Shown here: positions 1-9,273 of the stretch, piece after piece | Layout of the letters: each line of letters opens with the position of its first letter | How positions within the stretch are numbered: the first letter of the stretch is position 1 | NCBI GenBank assembly: GCA_963803435.1 | Contig: CAWDML010000014.1 | Span: forward strand, 1 to 64,000 | Direction: 5' to 3' | Source: an uncultured delta proteobacterium | GTDB taxonomy: Bacteria; Myxococcota; Kuafuiibacteriia; Kuafuiibacteriales; Kuafuiibacteriaceae | DNA length: 64,000 bases | Notes under the pieces: model-generated | Database searches by the model: none | What the model saw: the letters and a program-made list of their open reading frames with translations, nothing else | What the model was told of the DNA's origin: nothing | Translations under genes and position numbers: made by a program

Positions 1-810
1 CCGCAGGGGAAGACGACGTCGGTGACGTCGCCGCATCGCTCGTAGGGCGCGTCCGGCCCGAAGATCCACAGTCGCCCGGAGCAACGCCGGTCGGGCTCTC
101 AGATCGAAGAGGGCCGAGGCCGAGGCGATAAGCGCGCCGGCGGGGGTCTGGCGGACGCCGTGATAGATCATCAGCCAGCCCGCGACGTCTCGATCGAGCG
201 GCGGCGAGAGGCCAATCTTCCGCATCCCACCACGCGCCCCGGCGCGCCTCGAGCACAGCTGTGACCACCCCAATTGCGCAGATCGGGCGAGTAGGACATC
301 CAGATGTGGGCCCCGGTTCGGCCACCGGGCGGTGGATCAGTGCGCAGTTGCCGTCGAACGCGTTCGGCAACAGCGCGGCGTCCTTGTCGTCGGGCGACAT
401 GACCAGCCCGAAGCGTTCGAAGGTGCGAAGTCCTCGGTCAAGGCCAGTGACACGAGTGGCCCGCCCTGGCTGTACGCCGTGTAGGCGATCGCGAACTTGC
501 TCGGGCTCCTCGACGAAGGTAATGCGGGATCCTCGATACCCCAGATCTCTTCCGGATAGTCGTCGGGTCGGGCCGCAAGCGTTGGATCGGGTCGATGACC
601 CAGTCGTCGACGCCGTTCTTCGAGCGTGCGGCACACAGATGCGAGATGACCGCGTGCGGTCCTCTACCCGGCACAATAGCAGCGTGGTCCCGTCCGACAA
701 GCCGGGCGCCCCGGGATTGAAGACGGTGTTGCAGGGTAGGGCCAATCGGCGGCGGTCAGGATCGGGATTCTTCTGTGCCGAGAAACGGAGCCGTGTTGCC
801 GACGCGTCAC
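1..810 (-). CDS. GH130-family predicted glycosidase/phosphorylase; runs off the window edge, several frameshifts
   Basis: Pieces across frames read PILTAADWPYP..TVFNPGA, EEIWGIEDP, AYTAYSQGGPLVSLALTEDF, DDKDAALLP, GWLMIYHGVRQT and GDVTDVVFPCG. A GTG start overlaps the upstream gene's TGA at 807-810. Confidence 0.8.
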
Positions 811-3071
811 GCCGCCCTCTGTTCCCGGCGGCCCTCGAAGCGGCTCGCCCGAATGCCCGCATCTCGACCAGCGCCAAGAGGAACGACAGCGTCAACTCCG
901 CGCCCTGGTTCTCGTTCGGGCGATCCGCGTGCAAGCCGTCGCGACACCCGCCCGTACGCGGGTCGAACACCGACGCCGCAGGTGTTCTTCCCAGGAACCA
1001 GGCGAAGGCGCGGCCGGCGTGCTCTGCCCAGTGGGTTGACCTCGTGACGCGCAGCGCGACCAGAGACGCCGAGACCATCGACGGACCTCGATCGGCTGCT
1101 GGTCGAAGCGAGCCTTCTCGCCCCCCGGACATAGAAGCCGTCCGAGTCGACCGGCGCGAAGTAGCCGTCGTCGGAGGTCTGCACCGAAAGCAACCAACGA
1201 GGGCCTCGAGCCCGATGGCCTTAATCGATTCCTCCCCATGACGCGCCCGACACGATCACGGCCTGTGACAGGCGCGCGTTGCAGTAAGTGGTGCGGTCCT
1301 CGAACCAGGGCCAGCCGGGACGGCCGGCCGCCGGAAGAGGCTGAGGAGGTCCCGAGCGAGCTGGCGCCCATCGACCCCACCCGCCCTCACCCTCGAACGC
1401 CCGCAGGTATTCCTCGATGCCGAGCAGGGCGTAGGCCCAGGCGCGCGGGCTGCAGAATCGAGCACCGGCGCCACGCCGCGCGGAAGATCGAGCGGCGGGG
1501 GCTTCAAGTCCGCCCGATCGCGCGGAGCGACCACATCGTGCCGAGCGCCCAGATCGCCCGGCCGTGACTGTCCTCCGAGCCGCGTCCTCGTCCACCGCCG
1601 CTCGTAGGACATGAAGTTGCGGAACGTCCGGTCTCGCGTCGAACGCGTACGCGACGAAGGCCAGGTAGCGAGTGGCGATCGCTCGGACAGCCGGCGTCGC
1701 ACGGCGCCGCGTTCCGAGCAGGGCCGTCAGGAGCAGCGCCCGCGCGTTGTCGTCGAGGCAGTAGCCCTCCTCGTAGCGCGGAATGGTGAATGCCGCGTGC
1801 TGGAGGAACCCGCTATGGTCGGTCATGAGCGCCCAGGTGCCCGAGGTTCAGCTCCGGCAGCCGGCGCGGCCGTTCCGCCAGGGTGCGTCGATGAGGGACA
1901 TCCGGCCCGGCTGGCGTGGTCCGCCCGCGCCCGCTCGAAGCTGGAGGTAGCGCGCGCGACCTGCGGCCAGCCATCCCCCTCGCCGTGGGCGGCGGCGCGC
2001 CGCCCAGGGCCCGCCGCTTGTCCTCGTCTCCGAGCCGGTCGCGGACCTCCCGGGCGATCGGCGCCTGGATCCCGCAGGGCACCAGGATCCCCGACCCCCG
2101 GCCAGCAGTTCGCGGCGTAGAAGTAGGGCGTGGAAATCACCGCCTTACCGGAGCCGACCGCGTACGCCAGCGTGCCCGAGGTGCTCTGTTCCGGGTGGAG
2201 GTACGGGGTGAGTAGATATCGGCGGCGGCGAGAAACTCCGCGAGCTCGTCGTGGCTGACGAAGTGATTGTGAAACACGACGCTGGCGGTCGACGCCGAGC
2301 CCGATTGGCCGGGGTCGGCGAGCATGACCCCGTACGCCTCGCCGTGACGTTACCTTGACGTGCGGGTGGGTGGCCCCCAGCACGATATACACCGAGTCTC
2401 GGAACGCCGGCTAGGATCGCCGGCAGCGCCTCGATGACCTGCTCGATGCCCTTGTCCGGCGAGACAGCAGCCCAAACGTGAGCAGCACGAACTTGCCGGC
2501 GAGCCCGAGCTGCATGCTTGGCCGGCCCGGATGCTGGCAGATACCGGAATGCCGTGGGGGATCAGGTCGATCTTGCCGGCTGTAATCCCGTGAACTTCCC
2601 GAAGCATCTCGGCGCCGCGTGCGCTCATCACTACCAGGCGTTCCGAATCCCGGTCAGCTCGTCCATGACCCGGCGCTGCATCGCGGTGGGCTCGGGGAGG
2701 AGCGTGTGCAGCGTGGTGACCACGGGCAGGCGGAGCTCGCGAACCAGCGCGAGAACGTTCGCCGGCATCGCCGCCGAAGATCCCGACTCGTGCTGTAGCG
2801 ACAGAGGTCCACCCCGTTGGGGTTCAGGAAGTCGGCACGCTTCTCGGTACGAGCGCCATCTCGGTTGCGGCGATCTCGAACCGAACCCGCGCCGGATAGG
2901 CGTGGCGCACCCCCGTCGTTCATCGCCAGGACCAAGCAATCCAGGAGGCCGGACGGCGGTGATGGCCGCGCTGAGGTCGGCGGTGAAGGTGGCGATGCCG
3001 CACTGGCGTGGAAGATGATTTCCGAGCACCGCCACCCGTCGCAGCCCCGTCGCCGACCTTCGACTGCGCAC
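807..3071 (-). CDS. GT4-family glycosyltransferase with C-terminal fused domain (~750 aa); heavily frameshifted
   Basis: Pieces across frames read LGNHLPRQCGIATFTADL, PVVTTLHT, KIDLIPHGIP, YIVLGATHPHVK, TSGTLAYAVGSGKAVISTPY, GYCLDDNARALLL, WPWFEDRTTYCNARLSQA and NQGAESTLSFLLAL. This gene typically pairs with GH130. Confidence 0.8.
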
Positions 3072-3209
3072 GGGGCCCAGGGCACCACGGGTCGCCCGGG
3101 TGCGTCTCGCACTGCTCCACGGATCCGGCTCTCGCCGGTCCGCGCTCGGTCAATCGATTCTCTCGGCCTCTTTCGTCTCGGTGAGGATGCGGCGTAGCTC
3201 GGACGTGGA

Positions 3210-3395
3210 TCAGAGGATCGCCCGGTCCGTTTTGCCGCGCGCAGGCAGCGGGGCCAGCCTTCGCCCCTCGATGATACTATACAGCACCGCGAGGATTGCG
3301 AGCACCAGGAGGAGGTGAACGAAGCCCCCCATCGTGTATGAGGTGGCGAGCCCGAGGACCCATAGGGCGCAGAGAGCAACGGCTATCATCAGCAA
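3210..3395 (-). CDS. lmo0937-family (DUF5670-like) small membrane protein
   Basis: LWVLGLATSYTMGGFVHLLLVLAILAVLYSIIEGRR matches the family pattern. Confidence 0.75.
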   Translation of the reverse strand: MLMIAVALCALWVLGLATSYTMGGFVHLLLVLAILAVLYSIIEGRRLAPLPARGKTDRAIL

Positions 3396-3497
3396 TTCCT
3401 CGGTCCAACTTCCTTGCTCTCGACGTGCCGGGCGCGCATCGAGCCATCAGTCGCCCGATATCCAGGCGTTGAGGGAACGAAGGGTCTCCGCCCACGC

Positions 3498-3752
3498 TCA
3501 AGCCGGCGCGTCTGAAACTGCGTGATGGACGCCCAAGACGACCGTCGCACCGATCAGTGAAGCGACTGCGCTCCAGAGATTGAAGTCGGCGAGGCCCTGG
3601 CCGCCGACCCGGCTGAAGACAAAGCCGGCGATCAGGGCCCCGAGCACGCCGAGCGCCACGTCGAGCAGGAAGCCCTGTCCGGACTTGTCCATGATCTTGT
3701 TCGCGATGAAGGCGGACAGGAGGCCCAGGAGGATCCAGGAGATGATTGACAT
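3498..3752 (-). CDS. GlsB/YeaQ/YmgE (transglycosylase-associated) membrane protein
   Basis: 84 aa: MSIISWILLGLLSAFIANKIM...GFLLDVALGVLGALIAGFVF...FNLWSAVASLIGATVVL. It lies at the end of the 3498..5435 ORF. Confidence 0.85.
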   Translation of the reverse strand: MSIISWILLGLLSAFIANKIMDKSGQGFLLDVALGVLGALIAGFVFSRVGGQGLADFNLWSAVASLIGATVVLGVHHAVSDAPA

Positions 3753-3860
3753 GACCTCAGCTCGAGCAAGTTGCGGCCCAGTGCTCCGCGCTGGTCCTTG
3801 CGACGCCGGGGTGGGAAATTTTTCCCGTGACGTTGGGATTTTCCGAGCCGCAGCCTTGCC

Positions 3861-3880
3861 GGCTAGGAGGTCCAAGCTCC
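3861..3880 (-). promoter_or_regulatory. oriIS-like end of the IS91/ISCR element
   Basis: The minus strand reads GGAGCTTGGACCTCCTAGCC, resembling the ISCR oriIS consensus (GCGTTTGAACTTCCTATA, from memory). It lies ~205 bp downstream of the transposase stop. Confidence 0.5.
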
Positions 3881-4084
3881 ATCGGTGCTCCCACGGGCGC
3901 GCGAACGGCGAGCGGTGGTGGGCCGAGCCGTCGCTGTCCGACGGGTCTTGTCGGTCCGGCGCGTGGGAGCGGGTGTTGGTGTTGCGAACTTTCCCCGATC
4001 CTGTCGGGTCCGCGAACAGCGACGGGCACACGCGTGCCAGCCGACGGCTGTCGTCGGTGGTAGCGGGTGGGGTCGCCGGGGAGG

Positions 4085-5435
4085 CTATGCCGTCGCGAGC
4101 GGCAAAGGGAGCTGGGCCGGTGGGCCGGTGGGCGGCAGCACGAGAATGCGCCCGTGCTCGAGTCGCGCCGCAGATCGGGGCGGGAGCACGGCGCCGACCG
4201 GCGTGAGCCGGCCGCAGCAGTTGGGGCACTGCTGGGCATCGACGTCGTAGACTCGCGCCAGCAGTCGGGCCCAGTGTTCGCGATAAGGAACGGGTTTGGC
4301 GGGCACGAAGGCTCGATCCCCGAACCATACCCGCTGCACGCCCACCCGTCCGGCGGGGACCACGGCGGGACGAAGTCGGGCGGCTGGTGCCAAGACGCCG
4401 GTGTATCGAATCTGGTGCTGCCGCGGGGGTGGGACGAGCCAGGCGAGACGGCGCATCAAAGCCAGGGGGTGCAGGTCGATTCGAACGCTGCCCCGAGCGC
4501 GTCGGGTTTCGAAACGTGAGCCGCACGCGCTCGTCGTCGATGAGCTTGAGCTGGGCTTGGGCGAGCGGAGGTCTCATCACGTAACGGCACAGGCGCGCCC
4601 GCCCTGTCTCGTCCTCGGCGGCGACGCGCACCGCGGCGTGCACCTCGAAGCCGAAATTTCGCTTGCGCTCGACGGGGGCGAGCAGGCCCGACGGCTCGTG
4701 AGCCGCAGCGCTCCACCAGCCGTCGTCGGGCCTGGCCTTCGGCGGCTCGTCCTCCTCGACAAAGCCGTGCCGCTTCAGCCACCGCGTGAAGCGCTCCTCC
4801 ACGCGGGCCTCGATCTTCCGAAGATCGATCGGTGCAGGTGTCGTGTCGTCCACGAAGTCGAGCGCGCCATCCTCGTGCTCGACGTATCCGCCGTCCAGGA
4901 CGAGGACGTGAAGGTGTGGATAGACCGTGAGCGCCTTATTGAACCGCTGAAAGACGACCACAGATCCGCACGAAAGCTTCGGTCCCGAGCGTTTCCGGAT
5001 CCCCGAGAAGACGGACTCCACGAAGATGCGAGACAGCGCCGAAAGCGCTTCGCCTCGCGCCGCGAGCAAGGCGACCAGCTCGGAGGGTGGAGACAGCACG
5101 TACTGTCGCACTGGCACAGCCGGCAGCACCCGCGTCACCAGATGATGAGCGACGTCGTGCATTCGACGCGCGCCGCAGCTCGGACACAGGCCACGGCCCT
5201 TGCACGAGAACGCCAGCGCGCACTCGGCGCCGCACGCCGGGCACTTCAGCGCGATGAAGCCCGCGTTCGGATCACCGCACGCAAGGAAGTGATCCACCGC
5301 CCGACGAACGAACGCCGGCACCGTGCCGCCGTCCGCCTCCACCGACTCCAGGTGGCGTGGCCACCACTGCCGCACCAGCGGCGCCAGCACGGCCTGCTGC
5401 GGGTCCCGCGGTTCGTAGGCTGGCGCCAGCACCAC
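4085..5435 (-). CDS. IS91-family HUH transposase with N-terminal zinc-binding domain; one frameshift near 4480
   Basis: FLACGDP...CPAC...FSCKGRGLCPSCGARRM, HUH motif PHLHVLVLDG and catalytic Tyr in CRYVMRPP. The C-terminus LVPPPRQHQIRYTGVLAP...WARLLARVYDVDAQQCPNC is in ORF 4085..4459. Confidence 0.9.
4164..4238 (+). repeat. 75-bp exact direct repeat, copy 1 (within the transposase 3' region)
   Basis: cgcgccgcagatcggggcggg...ggcactgctgggca is identical to 5790-5864. Confidence 0.9.
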
Positions 5436-5456
5436 GCCGGTGCCCCACCGCGGGCC

Positions 5457-6389
5457 CTATACCAGCCCGCTTGGCCTCGTCTTCCCGTCCACCATTGTCC
5501 GGCCGCGTCCGGAATTCGGAGGGGCGTCCGGATTTCGGACGGGATTTCGAACGAACGAACAGCAAGCGCCCCGAGGTGCCGATCGGCTGGGGCGCCGGCC
5601 TCGGCTACGAGATCGCGCTGAGAATGGAGCCGCAGGCCCGCCGGCCGGGGCTGCTGCTGACGGCGGCGGTCCTGGCGGCGGCCGCGGTGATCGCGATGGT
5701 GGTCCTCTGGCCGGCGCGCACCGACGAGCAGCAAGAGCTCGCCTCGGCGCCGCGACGCACACCGCAGCGGATCGTGTCGCGCGCGATCGCGCGCCGCAGA
5801 TCGGGGCGGGAGCACGGCGCCGACCGGCGTGAGCCGGCCGCAGCAGTTGGGGCACTGCTGGGCAGACCCACGAGAACAGGGGGTCGCCGCTCGCTTGGAA
5901 CGCCGAATCAGTTACGCCCGACTCCGACGCCGTGGAACTCGGCTCCTCATGGACGGATTCGGTGTGCGGCGCCCCGTCCTCGGTGCTCCCATCCGCGCTT
6001 GGGATCGGCACGTCTACAACCGGTCCGTCGTTGATCCATGCCTCGATGCCGAGCGAGGCGCCATCCAGGAGCTCGTTGGTCAAGGGATCGACATCCAGGC
6101 GCTCCTCGTACCGGAGCATCCGGGCTATGCAAGTGAGGTCGATGCCCCTCCACCTGTTCTCGCGCGCGAGTCGCCCTTCAACGGCGAGGAGCTGCTTTTC
6201 AGCCTTCGCACGCGCACTCTCACGCTCTCGCCGGAGCTCCGCCTGGGCCGGTCTTGGCGACTCCTTCATCTCGTCCAGCCTCCTCCGAAGCTGGTTTGGT
6301 GCTCGGTACACCTTGCTCCGCTCGTACGCCACCTTCTTGCAGATCCACTCCCCAATCAACGGAGCCGGTGCACTCTTCTTCTTCGCCAT
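5457..6389 (-). CDS. Hypothetical protein whose 3' part reads through the duplicated IS fragment (probably chimeric or truncated)
   Basis: ATG at 6389 gives MAKKKSAPAPLIGEWICKKVAYERSK..., protein-like up to ~5865 and low-complexity off-frame sequence afterwards. Confidence 0.4.
   Translation of the reverse strand: MAKKKSAPAPLIGEWICKKVAYERSKVYRAPNQLRRRLDEMKESPRPAQAELRRERESARAKAEKQLLAVEGRLARENRWRGIDLTCIARMLRYEERLDVDPLTNELLDGASLGIEAWINDGPVVDVPIPSADGSTEDGAPHTESVHEEPSSTASESGVTDSAFQASGDPLFSWVCPAVPQLLRPAHAGRRRAPAPICGARSRATRSAAVCVAAPRRALAARRCAPARGPPSRSPRPPPGPPPSAAAPAGGPAAPFSARSRSRGRRPSRSAPRGACCSFVRNPVRNPDAPPNSGRGRTMVDGKTRPSGLV
5790..5864 (+). repeat. 75-bp exact direct repeat, copy 2 (upstream of the transposase)
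   Basis: Identical to 4164-4238. Confidence 0.9.
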
Positions 6390-6664
6390 TGAATAGCGAT
6401 AGTGTGGGGGGCCCGCTCGGGTCATCGGCCGAAAAGGGTCTTGCCGCCCGGACGAATGCAGCCTTTTGCGACTCGAGTGACAAATCGAGCGGCGAATCGA
6501 GTCGGCGACGACTCTGGCCTCTCCGGGGCCAGCCCGGCGCGGCCGAGTGTCGCCGGGTTCCGCGCATCGAGAAGCGGCCGTCGTCGCCGGTCGTCGCGAA
6601 GCTCGGGCGGAAGCGGAGCGAGCTCCCCGAGAAGGTGACCGCGTCGCTGCCGGACGTCCGCAGA

Positions 6665-8860
6665 CTATGGCCCGAAGCTCTGCCCTGGGTTGATCATCCC
6701 GCGAGAGTGCGGCGCAGGCGCCGCCCACGTGAAGCTTCCGGCGCCCGCGCCTTCGAGCTGAAGGCTGAACCCGACCGGGGTGGAGCCGGTCTCCTGGACC
6801 CCGATGTCCACCGCCCTCTGTCCGGCGGCGGGGCCATCCGCGGCCACGAGACCGCCCTCGTAGCTGATCAGCTGAAGGACCGCGCCCTGCGGATCGACGA
6901 GCGCCACCGCGTCGCTCGCGCCGTTCTGGAGACCCGCGATGGCGAACCACAGCGCGCCGTAGCCGCCGCTCTGGTTTTGGATGATCCCCGACAGGTCGAC
7001 GTTGGCGTAGCGAGCGCCGTCGTTGCCGTTGTAGAGCACCAGCCGCCAACCGGAGAGATCCGTCCCGGCCGGGCCCGCGATCTCCACGCCCTCGTCCGCA
7101 TCGGCGCCCGCGTTGTCGTAGTGAAGCTCGTTGATGAAGGGGCCCGGGCTCGGCGCGCAGGCGTCGAAGCTCTGCCCGCTGTTGATCGCGCCGCGCGTGT
7201 CGGCCGAGGGCCCTTGCCACTCAAAGTCCACCGAGCGCACGCCGGCGCCCGAGCGGGCCACCGAGGAGCCGGGGGGCGTGGCGCCCGTCTCCTGCACTCC
7301 GATGTCCACCGCCGTTCGCCCCGCCGCGGGCCCGCCGCTCGCGCTCAGGCTGCCGCCGTAGCTGATGAAGTCCAGCACCGCGCCGCGAGGATCGATCAGC
7401 GCCAGCCCGTCCGGGTTGCCGTTCTGTAGCCCGGTGGCGTCGAAGTCGAGCACGCCGACGCAGCCGGACAGGTCCTGGATGCGCCCCGAGAGAGCGATCG
7501 TCTGGTAGACCGCCCCGTTCGCGCCGTTGTACGCGGCGATGGTCCATCCTGAGAGATCCGTCCCGGCCGGGCCCGCGATCTCCACGAACTCATCGGTGTC
7601 CGATCCGCTGTTGTCGTAGTGCAGCTCGTTGATGAAGGTGTCGCTCCCTCGCCCGCCGTTGGGGGTCGCGCTGATCGGCGCGCTCATCGAGGACTCGTTC
7701 CCGGACCGATCCACCGCGGAGACGGCGTAATGGTACCTCTGCCCGTTCTGCACCTCGCCGTCGGTGGCGTCGGCGGAGAGCTCGAGAACACCGGTGAGCC
7801 GGATGAAGGGGCCGTTCGGTGTATCGGCGCGATAGAGAAAGTAGCCGAGCAGGTCGCCGGCTGCGCTGTCTCGCCAGCTCAGCTGCACCAGGTTGTCGCC
7901 TGAGCTGGCGACCAGGTCGCTCGGCGCGGCGGGCGCGGTGGTGTCGCCGCACTCGTCGTCGAAGATGCAAGCGACCCACTCTGGATGATCGATGAACGGG
8001 TTGCGGTTCTGCTGGAAGCCGAAGACGCGATCGGCGCGGGTGCGCTCGAGGTCGTCGACCGGATCCTCGACATGCCAGCGCAGCAGCGCCGAGCGCATGC
8101 CCATGTAGGCCACCGACTCGTTGCGGCCGGTGTTGCTGCCGGCGATGAGCGCCTCGTCATCCGTCAGGATCAAGTCGGGCTCGGCAGCGCCCGAGGTTCC
8201 ATGTCGCCCGCCCTCGTAGCGGACGTCCATGTAGAGCAGCGCCCGCGCCACGTCCCCTCTGCGACCGATCCAGGTCTCCCAGCTCCCCGTGGTGCCGCTG
8301 CCTCCATCCCAGTTGGAGTTGCCCGGGTAGCGCCCGGTCCCTCCGCCGCGCCCGTGGTTGAAGAGCGTGGGGAGCTCGTCGCAGGTCGCCCCGCACGAGC
8401 GGTAGGGCTGGTTGCCGCGCGCGCTGTTCATGCTCGCGCCGGCGAGGAAGAGCATGTTGAGGTCCGTGAAGGGATAGTTGGACGCGTTGTCGACGGGGAA
8501 GCCGTAGGAGGAGGGCCAGGTGTGCTCGCGGCTGTAGCTGCTCCGGGTCTTCGGGTGGGTCTCATTCCCGTACAGGTCGAGGATCGCGCTGGGATCGTCG
8601 GGGTCCTGATCGATGACCTCCAGGACGTCGAAGACATCCTGCGCGCTGGAGTTGTACGGAACTCGGTGGTGGCCGGCAATCACCGCGTGGACCGTGGCCC
8701 GCAGCGCCGGGCCGCTCGACGGATCGACGCTGTCATAGTAGCCGGCCGGCGGCCCCACCGAGCTGAGCGTCGTGCTGTACGGTGGGTTCGGGGTGCACGC
8801 CGGCGACCCAGCGGCCGAGCAGAGGAGCAGACCCGCGAGAGCGCGCGATGGATGCACCAA
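6665..8860 (-). CDS. Secreted endonuclease I (EndA/NucM/Bsn-like) with an FN3-like domain and two lamin-tail-like domains
   Basis: Signal peptide; YSREHTWPSSYG, NSARGNQPY, RGDVARALLYMDVRYEG and QQNRNPFIDHPEWV; two FINELHYDN..G.D.DE.VEIAGPAGTDLSGW repeats. Confidence 0.9.
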   Translation of the reverse strand: MVHPSRALAGLLLCSAAGSPACTPNPPYSTTLSSVGPPAGYYDSVDPSSGPALRATVHAVIAGHHRVPYNSSAQDVFDVLEVIDQDPDDPSAILDLYGNETHPKTRSSYSREHTWPSSYGFPVDNASNYPFTDLNMLFLAGASMNSARGNQPYRSCGATCDELPTLFNHGRGGGTGRYPGNSNWDGGSGTTGSWETWIGRRGDVARALLYMDVRYEGGRHGTSGAAEPDLILTDDEALIAGSNTGRNESVAYMGMRSALLRWHVEDPVDDLERTRADRVFGFQQNRNPFIDHPEWVACIFDDECGDTTAPAAPSDLVASSGDNLVQLSWRDSAAGDLLGYFLYRADTPNGPFIRLTGVLELSADATDGEVQNGQRYHYAVSAVDRSGNESSMSAPISATPNGGRGSDTFINELHYDNSGSDTDEFVEIAGPAGTDLSGWTIAAYNGANGAVYQTIALSGRIQDLSGCVGVLDFDATGLQNGNPDGLALIDPRGAVLDFISYGGSLSASGGPAAGRTAVDIGVQETGATPPGSSVARSGAGVRSVDFEWQGPSADTRGAINSGQSFDACAPSPGPFINELHYDNAGADADEGVEIAGPAGTDLSGWRLVLYNGNDGARYANVDLSGIIQNQSGGYGALWFAIAGLQNGASDAVALVDPQGAVLQLISYEGGLVAADGPAAGQRAVDIGVQETGSTPVGFSLQLEGAGAGSFTWAAPAPHSRGMINPGQSFGP

Positions 8861-9273
8861 TGTCTTTGATACGGTGCGCTCCGCGCGCGCCTGATGGGCC
8901 GATCATCCGTGCGTGCCGATGCGCCGGTGTCACCTCCTGGCTTTCCGGGCGCGGCATCGCAGGAGACGACCGAGGTGGATCGATCGAGGAGACTGATGCG
9001 CGCTGGTTTCGGTCATCCGTCCATCGGTGGGTTGGTCCGCGTGTGGGCGCGGGTCGGTCAAGGATGTGTGCGGCCAGGGCGCAACGGATCAGATCGGGTC
9101 GGCCACCAGGAATGTAGGTCTCGGCGCGGCGCATGAGCGGATCGGCGCCGAGGCGTGGGGCTCCCGGCGCACGCGCGGATCGATCGCGCGTACGGGATCG
9201 TGAAGCAGCGCCTCGCGCCCGGCTTCTTCCCTGCGCTGCGGAGCGGTGGAGGAGACGAGGTGCGGCGGTTGAC

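Larger units (their letters stand above)
3861..5560 (-). mobile_element. IS91-family/ISCR-like rolling-circle insertion element (upstream limit approximate)
   Basis: HUH transposase, oriIS-like site downstream and repeated CGGAWTTCGRA-type motifs upstream. Confidence 0.65.

Noticed and set aside
3498-5435. Apparent 645-aa transposase-membrane protein fusion
   Set aside because: It is created by the frameshift near 4480. The true transposase C-terminus is in another frame and the membrane gene has its own ATG at 3752.
7054-7640. Near-identical nucleotide stretches (gagatccgtcccggccgggcccgcgatctccacg) about 500 bp apart
   Set aside because: They are explained by the duplicated C-terminal domains of the nuclease and are not a CRISPR or mobile repeat.
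8870-9270. 400-bp gap checked for an ncRNA or small gene
   Set aside because: I could see no convincing ORF, extended helix set or known motif.
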